Shown: positions 1 through 11,602 of the stretch, in pieces
Numbering within the stretch: position 1 is the stretch's first letter
Layout: each line of letters opens with the position of its first letter
Translations under genes and position numbers: made by a program
Assembly (NCBI GenBank): GCA_003971905.1
Contig: RSEE01000073.1
Location: 62,001 to 126,000, forward strand
DNA length: 64,000 nt
From: Moniliella sp. 'wahieum'
Taxonomy: Eukaryota
Direction of reading: 5' to 3'
The notes under the pieces: model-generated
Told to the model about the DNA's origin: nothing
Databases searched by the model: none
The model's input: only the letters and a program-made list of their open reading frames with translations

Positions 1-1122
1 TATGTCAATGGTACCGGTACCGGTCTGCAGCTCACCCCTGAGGAATTGGCCGCGCTGCTGGTTAAGATGGGTCACCAGACGCGGGTGCCGCAAGGCACCC
101 AGGCTGGGCCTGAGGGTGAGGTCGAGGTTGACATTCCGTGCACCCGGCCCGACGTGCTGGCTGCGTGTGACTTGTTGGAAGATGCGGCGGTGGCATATGG
201 GTTCGATAACTTGAAGCGCCGTTTCCCGGATGTAGGGGGCGTGGGCAAGCCGCTGCCGATCAACAAGTTGGGGGATGTGGTCCGTACCGAACTTGCGCTA
301 GCCGGATGGATCGAAGTCTTGTCGCTCATCCTGTGTTCGGAGGAGGAAAACTTTGCTGCGCTGCGCAAGAAGGATGATGATTCGGCTGTCAAGTTGGAGA
401 ATCCCAAGACGAACGAGTTTGGGGTGGTGCGTACCTCGCTCCTGCCTGGTCTGCTCAAGACGGTACGGGAGAACAGGAAACATGCGCTTCCTCTGCGCTT
501 GTTTGAAGTGCAGGACATTGTGACCAAGACAACTGCTGCTGAGGCCGATCCTTCCTCGCCTCTTTTCCTCCCTGATGCGGTGGATGTCGGATCGAAGAAT
601 CAGCGCCACGCGGCCGTGCTCTATTCCAACCGGACAGCCAACTTTGAGATTGTGCACGGAGCTTTGGACCAACTGATGCGCAAACTGGAGGTGCCTCGAA
701 TCCACTCGCAGGATGCTCAGGCGGACCAGGGGTGGTACCTCGAGCAATCGGACGAGCCTACGTTCTGGCCTGTGCAGTGCGCCTCGATTGTCTACCGCCC
801 TGCCTCCCAGTCTGAGGAAGGGAAGCAGGCTTCAACTTCGAGCGGTACGTCGGCCCTTGAGACGCTTGGCACCAAGTTGGCTGCTGCCCTTCCGGGCCAG
901 ATGGAGAATGCTACGGAGATCACGGGGGGGCCGGAGGAATTTGTCAACCGCACCTCGGCGTCCGTCTCGCTGCGCCGGAAGCCCAAGGCCACCAACCCAA
1001 AAGCCACGAGCCGGGACCGGGTCATTGGTCACATTGGCGTCCTCCATCCCGAAGTGCTGCAGAACTTCTCGATCGACTATCCTTGCTCGGCATTCGAGTT
1101 GGACATTGAGGCGTTCTTGTAA
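1..1122 (+). CDS. FRS1: Phenylalanyl-tRNA synthetase beta subunit (cytosolic), 5'-truncated by window edge
   Basis: B5 motif IPCTRPDVLAACDLLEDAAVAYGFDN, then ENPKTNEFGVVRTSLLPGLLKT, LPLRLFEV and C-terminal IGHIGVLHPEVLQNFSIDYPCSAFELDIEAFL, all typical of eukaryotic PheRS beta. Confidence 0.95.
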   Translation, partial: YVNGTGTGLQLTPEELAALLVKMGHQTRVPQGTQAGPEGEVEVDIPCTRPDVLAACDLLEDAAVAYGFDNLKRRFPDVGGVGKPLPINKLGDVVRTELALAGWIEVLSLILCSEEENFAALRKKDDDSAVKLENPKTNEFGVVRTSLLPGLLKTVRENRKHALPLRLFEVQDIVTKTTAAEADPSSPLFLPDAVDVGSKNQRHAAVLYSNRTANFEIVHGALDQLMRKLEVPRIHSQDAQADQGWYLEQSDEPTFWPVQCASIVYRPASQSEEGKQASTSSGTSALETLGTKLAAALPGQMENATEITGGPEEFVNRTSASVSLRRKPKATNPKATSRDRVIGHIGVLHPEVLQNFSIDYPCSAFELDIEAFL

Positions 1123-1412
1123 TGGGCTGTGGGCTCGCCATACTAGGTTTGGGGGATTGCATGCCAGCACGCTTCATCCTTCTTTGTTCGCCATACGTCC
1201 CATAGGTGGTGGGCTTTCCGTAGAGATGCAAAGGTACACGCGCCTGCTTATTGCGCTAATGTAAAGAGGCCTCTCCAAAGAGGATCACCCTATTAAGTTT
1301 CAGACGAGTGAAAAAAAGCTTCTTTGAGGAGCGTGCATCATCGATCATCCAAAAAAGCCCGCCCCCGCATAATTTTCGCAACTGCTACCTACCTACCACC
1401 TACTCTTCCACC

Positions 1413-3688
1413 ATGCATCCCGGACGGATGGTCGCAGCCCCGACGATGGGCATGCGTACTGGGCTTCTTCGCCGCGCAGGTCTGATCATCCATCCTTTTC
1501 TGCTGGCCAGCCAAGGCCAGCGGAAGACCAGCACTTCCTCCGTCAGAACATCGCCCAGCGCTACGAGTGCCAACCCGCCACCTCCCACCACAGAGCACAA
1601 GGGCGAAACAAAACAAGGGGGAACAGGCCAGCCAACGATGAAGGGGAGGGGAAACAACCGCCTTGCGAAAAAGGGAACCCCAAGATGAGCAAGTGGGTTC
1701 AGGAACGTTCCCATGAGCTGGGCAAGCAAGTGGCTCGTTCGGACTTGAACCAGGGACTTCTGCATAAATCTGAGGGATGGCAGCCCAAGGTTCAACCCGC
1801 CGGGCAGCTTGCCCGTGCCCCACTTTCTGGGGATAGAGGCGATACGCGGAAGCACAAGTGCGCTGTGGTCGTGGGCTATGCGGGGACAGGATACAAAGGT
1901 TCCCAGGTCAACATGGGCGTAGAGACGATTGAAGGGGATGTGTTTGCTGCGATGGCCGCGGCTGGTGCTGTGTCCGAGTCCAATGCTGTCAACCCTGCCA
2001 AGGTGGATATGCGTCGTGCGGCACGAACGGACGCAGGTGTGCATGCGGCGATGAATGTGTTGTCTATGAAGCTTGAGCTGCCCCCATCTGTCATGACTGC
2101 TGCCGAGATGGAAGAGCACTACCATCTCACCCACTCTCCCGTTCACTCCCCCGCCCACGAGAAAATCAAGAGCAAAGGGAGAACGAGTCGAGGTACACGT
2201 CCCATCCCTACGACGTTGGAGGAGGTAACCCAAGCTCAGTCTCTGGCCCAACAAGACTTGCTCCAGCTGCGCACCAAGATCAATCAGTACCTTCCTGCCG
2301 AAGTGCGGGTATTCAGCTTACTACGTTCCCCTCGAGGCTTTGACGCTCGTTCGTTTGCCAGCTCACGCAGGTACGAGTACATTCTGCCTACGTTTGTGTT
2401 TCAGCCACCTTGTCCGCACACATCCATGTACCACCGTTTCGAACAGTGGCGCGACGAGGAGAGGCAGCGGGGTACAGGACCTGAAGAAGTAGGAAGCGAC
2501 TGGATTGGCTCGGTCAATATGCCCTTTTGGATGGCGGACCGGTTCCGCCAAGAAGCTCCGCTGCCATCGTGGGAGTACCTGCTGAACCATCCCTCATGGC
2601 AAGGTCTTGGTCCTAAGCCCGCTGTACCGCCCACACCACCCGTTCCGGACGACTACCGTGCCACGCACCAAATTACGGTTCGTCAGCGTCGCCGCCAGGC
2701 TCGGATGGAACGGCAGGGCGTTGATCTTGGTCTTTCTCCCGAGCAGGAAGCGATGGAGGAATCGCTGATCCAACGTCACTGGTATCGAAAATGGGACGAG
2801 TCGCGCGAACCCTCAGCCGAGGAAAAAGTGGGCAACGAGGACGTGTATTCACGCATGAGGGCGTTCCGTCTACCGGCGTGGCAACTGGAACGGGCGCGGT
2901 ACAACTTGGGCATGATGCTCAGTAAGCACAATTTCCACAACTTTACCGTTCGTCGTCGGGCGAACGATGTGAGTGCGTGGCGGTTCATGAAGGCCTTGAC
3001 CATCTCCGATCCGTTTCTTGGTCCCGACGGGATGGAATACGTCTCGTTCCGCTTGCATGGTGTCTCGTTTATGCTGAACCAGATCCGCAAGATGGTGGCG
3101 GCGGTGGTACTGACGACTCGGTCGCGTACGCCACTCAAGGTGTGGTACCATTTCTTCCAAACCCAGCGACTGCTCATCCCGATTGCGCCTGCTGCGGGCC
3201 TATTTTTGGAGAGTCCCGTGTATGAGTACTACCATCGCGATCTGGCCAAGCGGAGGGAGAATTCGACTCTGCCCTTTTATCCGCCTGTCGGGCCGGACGA
3301 CATGAGCGAGGTAACCGCCTTCAAGCACCGCCACATTTACCCCCACATCTTTGCCGCCGAACGAGAGCTTGGCGTGTTTTCCAACTGGATCAAGTTTGTG
3401 GACCATCACTGGACGCCGCTATTTGGGTACCTGAACCCTTGGGGGGAGCTGCCCGAGACGAGCATCCTGCCCGACCTCAAGGGCACACTTTCATCCCCCC
3501 GCGCCACGCTCCGTCGCCACATTCACGCCGAGGCGGAGCAGCAGCAGGAAGAGGGGAGCGCGCACGATGCGAGGGAGGAAACGTTGGAGTCGGCGATTGA
3601 GACTGCCGAGATGGACGGGTGGGAGCAAACCGAACCGCAGACGGCCAGGGAGGAGGTGTGCTGCGAACGCTCTGAGCCGCGGCGCTAG
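1413..3688 (+). CDS. tRNA pseudouridine synthase, TruA/Pus1 family; probable mitochondrial presequence; apparent frameshift near 1680
   Basis: GYAGTGYKGSQ, catalytic RAARTDAGVHA, FDARSFASSRRYEY, HNFHNFT, HGVSFMLNQIRKMV, IPIAPAAGLFLE. An Arg/Ser-rich N-terminus from ATG 1413 is in another frame; an alternative start is 1685. Confidence 0.88.
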
Positions 3689-3905
3689 CACGGCTGGTGG
3701 TGGGATCTGCGTGGGGCTGTGATGCCCTGAGGCTGCCGCTGTCGGCAACACGCATGGCCAATACAAAGCAATGAATGATTAATGAGCGGTGACTAGGTGA
3801 CTATGACCGGTGAGCGGTGAGCCTCACCGGTGAACCGACGACCGACTGAGTACGTACTGAGTCCGTCGGTGTGCGGGGCGGGGGCTGCGATGGGCTACGT
3901 AAGCG

Positions 3906-3963
3906 CAGCGCGTCCCAGCGCCAGCGCGTCCCAGCGCCAGCGCGTCCCAGCGCCAGCGCGTCC
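3906..3963. repeat. 16-bp tandem repeat (cagcgcgtcccagcgc) x3.6
   Basis: Read directly; lies upstream of the GT90 gene. Confidence 0.9.
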
Positions 3964-4115
3964 TCGAGACTGGCGCGCTGGCTGCCCCAGAGCGAGCGGA
4001 TTATGTCATACATGGGGCGCCACCTGCTCCGGTGGGAGTGAACATATGACCCTTCGCCGACCAGTTCGCTCCGCTCGCCGTCGCTGGAGTTCCCTGGACG
4101 ACGCCAGCCGTACAT

Positions 4116-4147
<32 letters not shown>

Positions 4148-4237
4148 GCCGCCGCCTCCACGCGCGCCCCCACCCCCCCACTCCCACGAGGACGGCGCGT
4201 GCGGCTCCTGCTCGCCGCCCCCACATCCGTCTCCACC

Positions 4238-5743
4238 ATGAAGTCATCCGGGTCTTCCGAGCGCCTGCCGCGTCTCGTGTCTGACCCCCCGCCGTCGGCC
4301 TCGCGCAGCGAGTACCATGCCCGCACCACGCGTATTCGCCACGGGGCGCGTCTTCTCCTCGGCGGCAGTGTCCTTGCGCTCCTTGTCCTTCTTTACTTCG
4401 CGTTTCATCGCTCCCCCGCGCCTGCTGCGCCTCTCCTGCCTGGCTGGTCCTCCTTGCCCCCCCAAACGCGCATCCGCACCTACCCCCCGCCCAAGTACAA
4501 CGATCCTTTCAACCCGGACGATCTTACCTTTACCGAGGAACAGTGTGATGCTTATTTCCCCGGCCTGTGGAAGGAGATCGATCGGAGTGTGGCTTACTTC
4601 CAGCACCCAGACCATCCGTACGTGCCTCTTGCCTCTTGTCTCTTGCCTCTTGTCTCCTCCCCCGTCCCCCACGTGTCTCCCATTGTCCTTCTGCGTTTCT
4701 CTCTCTTCTCTTTCTTCTTCTAACCTATCTCCCCAAACAGCACCCTGACCTGGGACTACCTCAACACGGCTTGCAATGCCACCAACCGAAACCACCTACG
4801 CGTCTTGGCATACAACAGCCGACTCTACATCAAGTCCTACCTTCAATCGGACTTTAGTCGTACGCAGTCGACCTTGGCCCTACTGTACCAATCGCTTGTG
4901 ACGTCGCGAGAGCCTGTTCCCAATGCAGAGTTTTGCATTGGGCTAGAAGATTGGCCTGGGAGAGGCACGTTTGGCCTGGACCGCGCGCCGCAGGATGAGG
5001 AAGTTTGGCTTTTGCCTGACTACTCCTTCTACTCCTGGCCCGAGCATGTGGGCACGTACAATGATGTGCGGCGTCGGATCGAGGCCGTGGAGCAGGAGAC
5101 GCCATGGGAAAAGAAGAAGCCATTGTTGTTCTGGAGGGGCAACATGGGAGTTGGGACTCAAGACCGGACTGGGATGGACCAGGCGGCAAAAGGGTACGCG
5201 TGGAACGACATTAAGCCTGTCAATTGGGCCACGGGCGAAAACTCAGTCAAGATTGAAGACCATTGTCGGTGGAAGTATCAGGCTGTACCAGATGGCAATG
5301 CCTACACGGGAAAGTTGCGGTACCTGTTGAACTGCAAGACGGTTGTGGTTACCCACCGACCTCATTGGATCCAACACTGGACTCATCTGTACAATGCCGA
5401 CTGGTCGTCCCGGACCAAAACATTGTGCTTGTTCCCTACCCTCTGAGAAGAAGGGTGTACCCGTCACGCAAGTCGTACCTGGGAGCTGCTTCCCGAGACG
5501 ATGCACATGCTTCTCAGTGACGACCGACGTGCGCGCCAGATTGCCGAGACGCAATGGGACTATTTCCGTAACCGCTATGTGTCCCCCGCGTCGGCGGCAT
5601 GTTACTGGCGCAAGGCGCTCAAAGGCTACGCCTCAGTGCAGAACTTTACCGTGAGCTTGCATGGCAACGAAACGTCGTACGAAACGTGGAGTCTAAGGGG
5701 CCTACGCCAACGGATTGGCGCGATGGTATCCAGTAACCGGTAA
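4238..5743 (+). CDS. Glycosyltransferase family 90 (CAP10/POGLUT-like), type II membrane protein; intron 4618-4740, frameshift near 5410
   Basis: N-terminal TM (LLLGGSVLALLVLLYFAF), EEQCDAYFPGLWKEIDRS, WLLPDYSFYSWPE, PWEKKKPLLFWRG, EDHCRWKY, GNAYTGKLRYLLNC, FRNRYVSPASAACYWR; intron gtacgt..ctaac..cag. Confidence 0.85.
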
Positions 5744-6135
5744 CCCTATGCTCTCCTCCTCAGATCTCAGACTCAGAGGGAATCCGTTAGTTTCCTACTA
5801 CTTCCTCTTGTTATACCACCCGATTGTCCCCATGCCGCTGTAGTGGCCAGCAGCCGTTCACATCCGAAGCGTAGACGGGCAGTAGAGCAGACAGGCTGGT
5901 AGCGTGGTACGTGTCGTCGGTGGCATTTCAAAGACGCGAAGTCGCGTCACGCGTCCGCTTCAAGTTGACCTAGGGAATCAAATGAAAGAATCAAGAATTA
6001 CAATGTGGGCCGCTCGACGTGGCAGCTGTGTGGGTGAAACTGCCATCTAATTCGCGCGGCAGACCACGTCGTAGCAGCTCATCAGAACCCCTCGCACCTC
6101 CGCTCCGGCGCAGCCACCACCTCCACCCGCTTTCC

Positions 6136-7873
6136 ATGGCACCTCTCCCCGCGGGGCCTGCATCTGCGCGTACAGGCGCTTCCCCCCTGTCCCGCGTGGC
6201 CGGGACGAGCGTCCGCTTCGTCTGGGACACGCTCTTGACTTACCGCCACTTTGGTCTGTTTTGCACGGGCTACCTTTTACTCCAGGCGGCTCTGCTCGTG
6301 CTCGTGGTGCTCAAGGTGCCCTACACTGAGATTGACTTTAGTACGTACCTTGAGCAAGCGCAGCGGTACCTCGATGGTGAGCGGGACTATTCCCTGATTG
6401 GGGGCAAGTCCGGTCCGTGCGTGTACCCTGCTGCGCACCTGTACGTGCATGCTCTTCTGGTCCGCTTGTTGCGCGCCGTTTCGGTTGGGTCCGGTGGTAC
6501 GTTCGAGGGGAAGGTGGTCTATCCTTACCTTGCGCCCGTCCTGGCCCGCCTTCCGCAAAATAGCAATTCGCTCGCTCGGTTCGACCAAGGCGCGCCGAGC
6601 CAGGTCGTTGCTCAAATGGTGTTTGCACTGTTATCCTTGGCCACGTCGGCTATTGTGTTGGACTTGTACCGGCTTGCTGCTGAGGCGGTCGAGCAGCGCT
6701 CGGGCCAGCGACAAGGCAGTTCCATTACGCCTCACCAAGGCTGGCGAGGCAAAGTAGGATTCATTTCGCGTCTGGCTTTGCGTCCTGCGTCGCCTCTACC
6801 GCCGCTTGTGCTTGTGTGGCCGTTATTGTCTAAGCGTCTGCATAGTATTTACGTGTTGCGGATGTTCAATGACCCCTGGGCCTTGGGGCTGTTCTACCTT
6901 TCTATCTGGGTCTGGGTGCGTTTCGATGCGACGTCAACGGCATGCATGTTGTTCAGTACCGCGCTCGGAATCAAGATGAACATCTTACTTTTCCTTCCCG
7001 CGTGGGGGATCCTGCTCGAGCAAAAGTTTGGTCTTGCGGCACTTGTTCCCGCCAGTTCGATTGGGTTGGTGCAGGTGTTGCTGGGCTTTCCTTTTCTGCG
7101 TTCGTTTCCGCGCCAGTACCTGGCCACTGCGTTTGACTTTGGGCGGCAGTTCGAGTACCAGTGGACGGTCAATTGGCGTATGGTCCCCGTTGGCATCTTT
7201 CAGTCGTCGTCATTTGGTCGTGGTCTGCTCCTTCTGCACGTGAGCATGCTCACGTGCTTTGTCCTGGTACGATGGACGCCCATCTGGCGCATCGGACTTA
7301 AAAAGTGGATCGTATCCGATCTGTTCCGGCGATCCCCTTCGCTCTACCGCCCCCCACCAGCCGATTGTCAGTCTCTTCTCCCCCCTCCCCCCTCACCTAT
7401 GCCCTATGCTAGCATCCTTCCATGCCCACTTGAGTCCATACTAACCCACCCTTTTTTCTTTTCTTTTCTTCCCTTTTCATTTGCTTTCTTTTTGGTCGCA
7501 CGCATCCGATCCATCCATCCCATCCCATCCAGTCGTCCTGGTGAGCCTGGCGACCGCCAACTTGATCGGGATGACGTGGAGTCGAAGCTTGCACTACCAA
7601 TTTTTCAGTTGGTATGCGCACCAACTGCCGCTGCTGCTGGTTGCGGCCCAATTGCCGTGGTGGAGCAAGGTAATGGTACCAGTTGGTATCACAGTGGGAT
7701 GGCAAACGTTCCCTTCTACCATCGTCTCGTCCAGCAGCTTACTGCTTGCCCACCTCTTTCTGCTCTGGGGTTTGTGGCGCAGCCCTTGGAGCCAATGTCA
7801 GCATCAGCTCGGTCCGGCTCGTACGACTTCAAGTCCAAGTCCGAATCCAAGTTCACGTGCAAGTGCAACGTGA
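6136..7873 (+). CDS. ALG3: Dol-P-Man:Man5GlcNAc2-PP-Dol alpha-1,3-mannosyltransferase; intron ~7367-7532
   Basis: KVPYTEIDFSTY, GPCVYPAAHLY, SKRLHSIYVLRMFND, GIKMNILLF, AFDFGRQFEYQWTVNWR, ANLIGMTWSRSLHYQFFSWY. Confidence 0.95.
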
Positions 7874-8321
7874 AGCTTGAAGTCGCACCTGACAACGGAC
7901 ACCGAGACCGACAACCCTTTTTCTTTTCTTCTTCTTGCTTTCCCTCCCATTACTCAAAACCGACTGTCACCCGTCAAAATAGCATCCAAATCATCTACGG
8001 GTTCTGTCGCAAGCCCAAAAGAGAGCAGCAGCGATGGCGTGCAGTGGGGGGGGGGGTGAAGCGAATGCGCATAGATTGGCATGAGCTGGGTTCGGGCTGG
8101 CATGTGGCATGTGGCAGTCCAAGACTCAAGAAACCGAGTTCCTTTGCCCGTACCGTGAACAGACGTGCAAGGGTTAAGGAGGAAAGAGGAGGATAGAGGT
8201 GGCGATGGTACAGGAGTCAGCGTACAGCCGCGGTAAGAGCAAGGAGAAAAATCAAGGCCAACCCCGCATCTCATCCCATCCCATCCCACAACCTCATCCC
8301 ACAACCTCATTCCACCACTTT

Positions 8322-8942
8322 TTAAGCATGCTTGTTCTTGGTGGAGCGGAGACGACGGACGTAGTGTTCCAGTTCGTCGCCCTCGAGGATGTAACCGTCG
8401 GCGCGACCCGACTGGCCCGGGCGGGAAGAGATGCAAGCGTACAGACGGCCGGCACCAAACTGCTGTTCGAGAATGGGGGAGATAGCCGCGGTCTGCTGGC
8501 GCTCAGCCAACTTCTTCTGAACCTTATGCGACTGCTTGACGGGTTCCGCATCGTCCTTAGCAAACGACTTCTTAGTCGTGACAGGCACACCATAGTGCTT
8601 CTCATACGCTTGACGGAAGGGGGTAGCGTCGACCTGGATAATGGCATTCTTGACAAGCGTGTTGGTACGGACCAACTCATTGTTCGAAGCGTTGAACACG
8701 ACACCCAGAATACGCGTCTTGGACGTAATGTGTTCCGAGCCCCAGGCAAAGTTGCCCGACTCGAGCCGGAGTGCACGCTGCTTAATGTTGCCGCCGCGGA
8801 CGCGGACGGGGTGGATACGCTTAGGGCCAATACGCGTGTTGGCCGACTGACGACCGAGCTGGTGCGCACGCTTCTTGGCCGGCACCACACGGCGGGCACC
8901 AGTGTGCGAACGCTTGTACCACGAAGCGCGAGTCAAACCCAT
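8322..8942 (-). CDS. RPS8: 40S ribosomal protein S8 (eS8); probable 5'UTR intron 8943-9101 abutting the ATG
   Basis: LGRQSANTRIGPKRIHPVRVRGGNIKQRALRLESGNF, NASNNELVRTNTLVKNAIIQVDATPFRQ, ISSRPGQSGRADGYILEG. Confidence 0.97.
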   Translation of the reverse strand: MGLTRASWYKRSHTGARRVVPAKKRAHQLGRQSANTRIGPKRIHPVRVRGGNIKQRALRLESGNFAWGSEHITSKTRILGVVFNASNNELVRTNTLVKNAIIQVDATPFRQAYEKHYGVPVTTKKSFAKDDAEPVKQSHKVQKKLAERQQTAAISPILEQQFGAGRLYACISSRPGQSGRADGYILEGDELEHYVRRLRSTKNKHA

Positions 8943-10068
8943 CTGTGCCCAGACACATGTCAGCCGGCTGATCTGGGGCTTCGGGACCCTTCTCGCCTGC
9001 CCACCACCGCCAGTGAGGAACCTCAGTGAGGCCGAGCAAGTGCGAGGACAGCAGACGAGCACGGCGAGACGGGACACGCAGCAGAAGGAGGAAGAACGTA
9101 CGTTGTTGCTGGTGTTGGTGCTGGTGCTGGTGTGTAGAGGCGATGGGCGAGGCGGGCGGCGGGGTGGGCCTCACCGCGAGCGAAGCCCAACCCTAGCTTT
9201 TGCATGCGTCTGCTGCGGCATATTTGGCCCTACATAACAGGCAGGGGGACAGTGTTCGCGCGATACTGCCCTCGCGCAATCTTTTTTTTTGCTGGCCTCC
9301 GCTGTCGGCAGCGTGTCACATGTCACATGGCAGCCCAGGAGGGTTGTACCGAGTGGGGCTGCGGAGTACCATCGTTTCACATCGATTCACAACTCCCGAA
9401 TTTCAATCGAGTATCGATTACCCCGCCCCCTCCCCTCCTCGATCGAAGAGGCCAAGTGGAGAATGCAGGCGGCGACACTTGTCTGGCTGCCTATGTAGGA
9501 GGGCTGACTGCTGTATGGTGGCTAACTGTTCTCGCTTCACACGGCGGCGCAAGGGCTCTGAGCAGCGTAGCCCTTCGGCCTTAACCCTGTGGGCACACTA
9601 AGGGCTAGTCCCTAGGGAAGCCGCTGGTGTCTGGTTGCCGGTCGCCTTGTTCAAGAGTGGTAGGATAGCTACGGCAGTCATCGCATCCAAACCTCCAAAC
9701 CTCCAAACCTCCAAACCTAGTAGAAGAGTCTCTGATCGTAGATTCCCCCCCGTGTGGAGAAGACCGACATAATTAAGGCCATCTGGCCAGCCAGCAAAAC
9801 TAGGCGAGACTGGGGAGTGTTGGGGTGGTACGGTGGTACAAGTACAGCAGAATAAGCAGGGGCTCTAGGCGAACCAAGAGGGGAAGAGAAAGAGAAGAGA
9901 CTGAGAGCCGCAGGGGTCAGGTCAGTACTCCGTACTCAGTCTCCCATGCGTGGTTGACGCCATCCCTCGCACCTCGCACCTCGCACCTCGCACCTCACAA
10001 GGCCAAAAAAGAGAGAGCTAGGGAGAGCCAACAAAAAAAGGAAACACACACACAGTGAGAGAGCGAGA

Positions 10069-10071
10069 GAG

Positions 10072-10110
<39 letters not shown>
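10069..10110. repeat. (GA)n microsatellite
   Basis: Long AG dinucleotide run just past the stop codon of the minus-strand membrane protein gene. Confidence 0.9.
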
Positions 10111-10116
<6 letters not shown>

Positions 10117-10133
10117 GGAAACCGGCCCAGCAC

Positions 10134-11602
10134 CTAGACCTGCGGAGCCGGGCTGGGCGCAGCAACATCATCTTCGTCTCGTGGGAGCGATCCGGATCGC
10201 CAGGGAGAGTGAGCCAGGTGGGCATCCCAGCTGCTGCGACCGCGGTGGTGGCGGGGAGGGTAAGGGTGGGGGTGAGAAGCAGAAGCTGCAGCTGCAGCGT
10301 CAATGGTTCCCAAGGCAGATTGAGCCAGGACGAGGTCCAAGTCAACTGCGCTAGGTGGTGCACGTGGGTCGCGCTCTCCCAACGGGTCCGAAGGTAACGA
10401 ACGTAATGACCGAAGTGAGTACCCGTCTTCCCCATGCGACTTGGACGAGCCAACTGCCCCACTAGGTAGGCGGTGATGGGACGTAGTGATGATAGGTTTG
10501 CGGTGGTGCCATGGGCTAGCGGAATCGCTGCTTGTGCGATGGACAGAAGAGGGATCTCGCCTTTCTTCACTGGGGTCTTCCACTCCCGGCGGGAGGAAGC
10601 TTCCGCGTGACACGAGTTCAGGGAGGTACGACTCGTCTCGTGCCTCGTCGGTATATTGAGAAGCGTAGTCCCTTGTATCGTGGGGTTGTTGCGCTTGTTC
10701 TTGTTCGGACATGAGGATTCGGACCACGATGGCACCCTGGACGATTTGGATAGGATTGGCGGCCCAAAAGGCGTTCTGGACGCGGAGCCAAATGATACCG
10801 AGAAGCATAAGCAGGATGATGATGATAAAGTAGCCGACGCTGTGAAAGAGGAGTCTGGGTGCGCGTCAGAAAGACAGGACAAGAAGACACCACAACCACA
10901 AAGAACCCAAGAATGAACGTACTGATGGATGAGTTTGGAAAATCCGTGACTACGGTTCGCGAGGCGGCGCAAAGCGACCGAGATGGTGATGGCACAGAAG
11001 CTATCAAAGATGAGCGACAGGACATAGTACCAAAACTGGGCTTGGTCCACGACGCCGACGCCGCCTTGCGGGGAGCCGGTGGCGTCAGTGGTGCAGATAC
11101 CGTGTTCGGCATGTCCGGACCAAGAGCCAGTGAACTGAGCCTGGACGAGAAAGACCCAGACAATGACTACGTTACCGAGGGTGAGGATGAAGAGGGTGAG
11201 TTGGACGGTGCGTCGTATGGACTGGTTCTGGAGCACGCCACGAACGACGGCGTTGGTGCGCCAAGCCATGGCCAGGACAGCGCAGGAGGAAATGAGGATG
11301 AGGGTGGCGCAAAAAAAGACACTTTGGACAGCACATTGGACATTGGTGTTGCCTGTGCTCCATTGGGTCACGGCATTGACCAAGGCATAGACGACGAGCG
11401 TGTAGCGCAGCACAAGCGTCATGAGCGGGGCGAATTGCCAGCGGAAGGGTCGGAGACGGGTGAGGCGGCGCCAGACGCGCACCTCGGACGGGAAGAGGAC
11501 ACAGTACTCCCACAGCGGGACGAAGGTGGCCAGGGCACTGCCCAGAATGAAGGTCATCAAGCTGGGGAGCCAGACGAACATGGCCCAGTCGGAGGGATCC
11601 AT
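10134..11602 (-). CDS. Multi-pass (~7 TM) fungal membrane protein, DUF6533-like N-terminus, Ser-rich cytoplasmic tail; intron 10840-10922
   Basis: LWEYCVLFPSEVRVW resembles the DUF6533 motif; about seven hydrophobic segments; intron gtacgt..ctgac..cag joins ORFs 9995-11785 and 10134-10808. Confidence 0.7.

Noticed and set aside
1660..1690. Programmed frameshift giving mitochondrial versus nuclear PUS isoforms
   Set aside because: Falls in homopolymer runs in an assembly with many indel errors; error is the simpler explanation.
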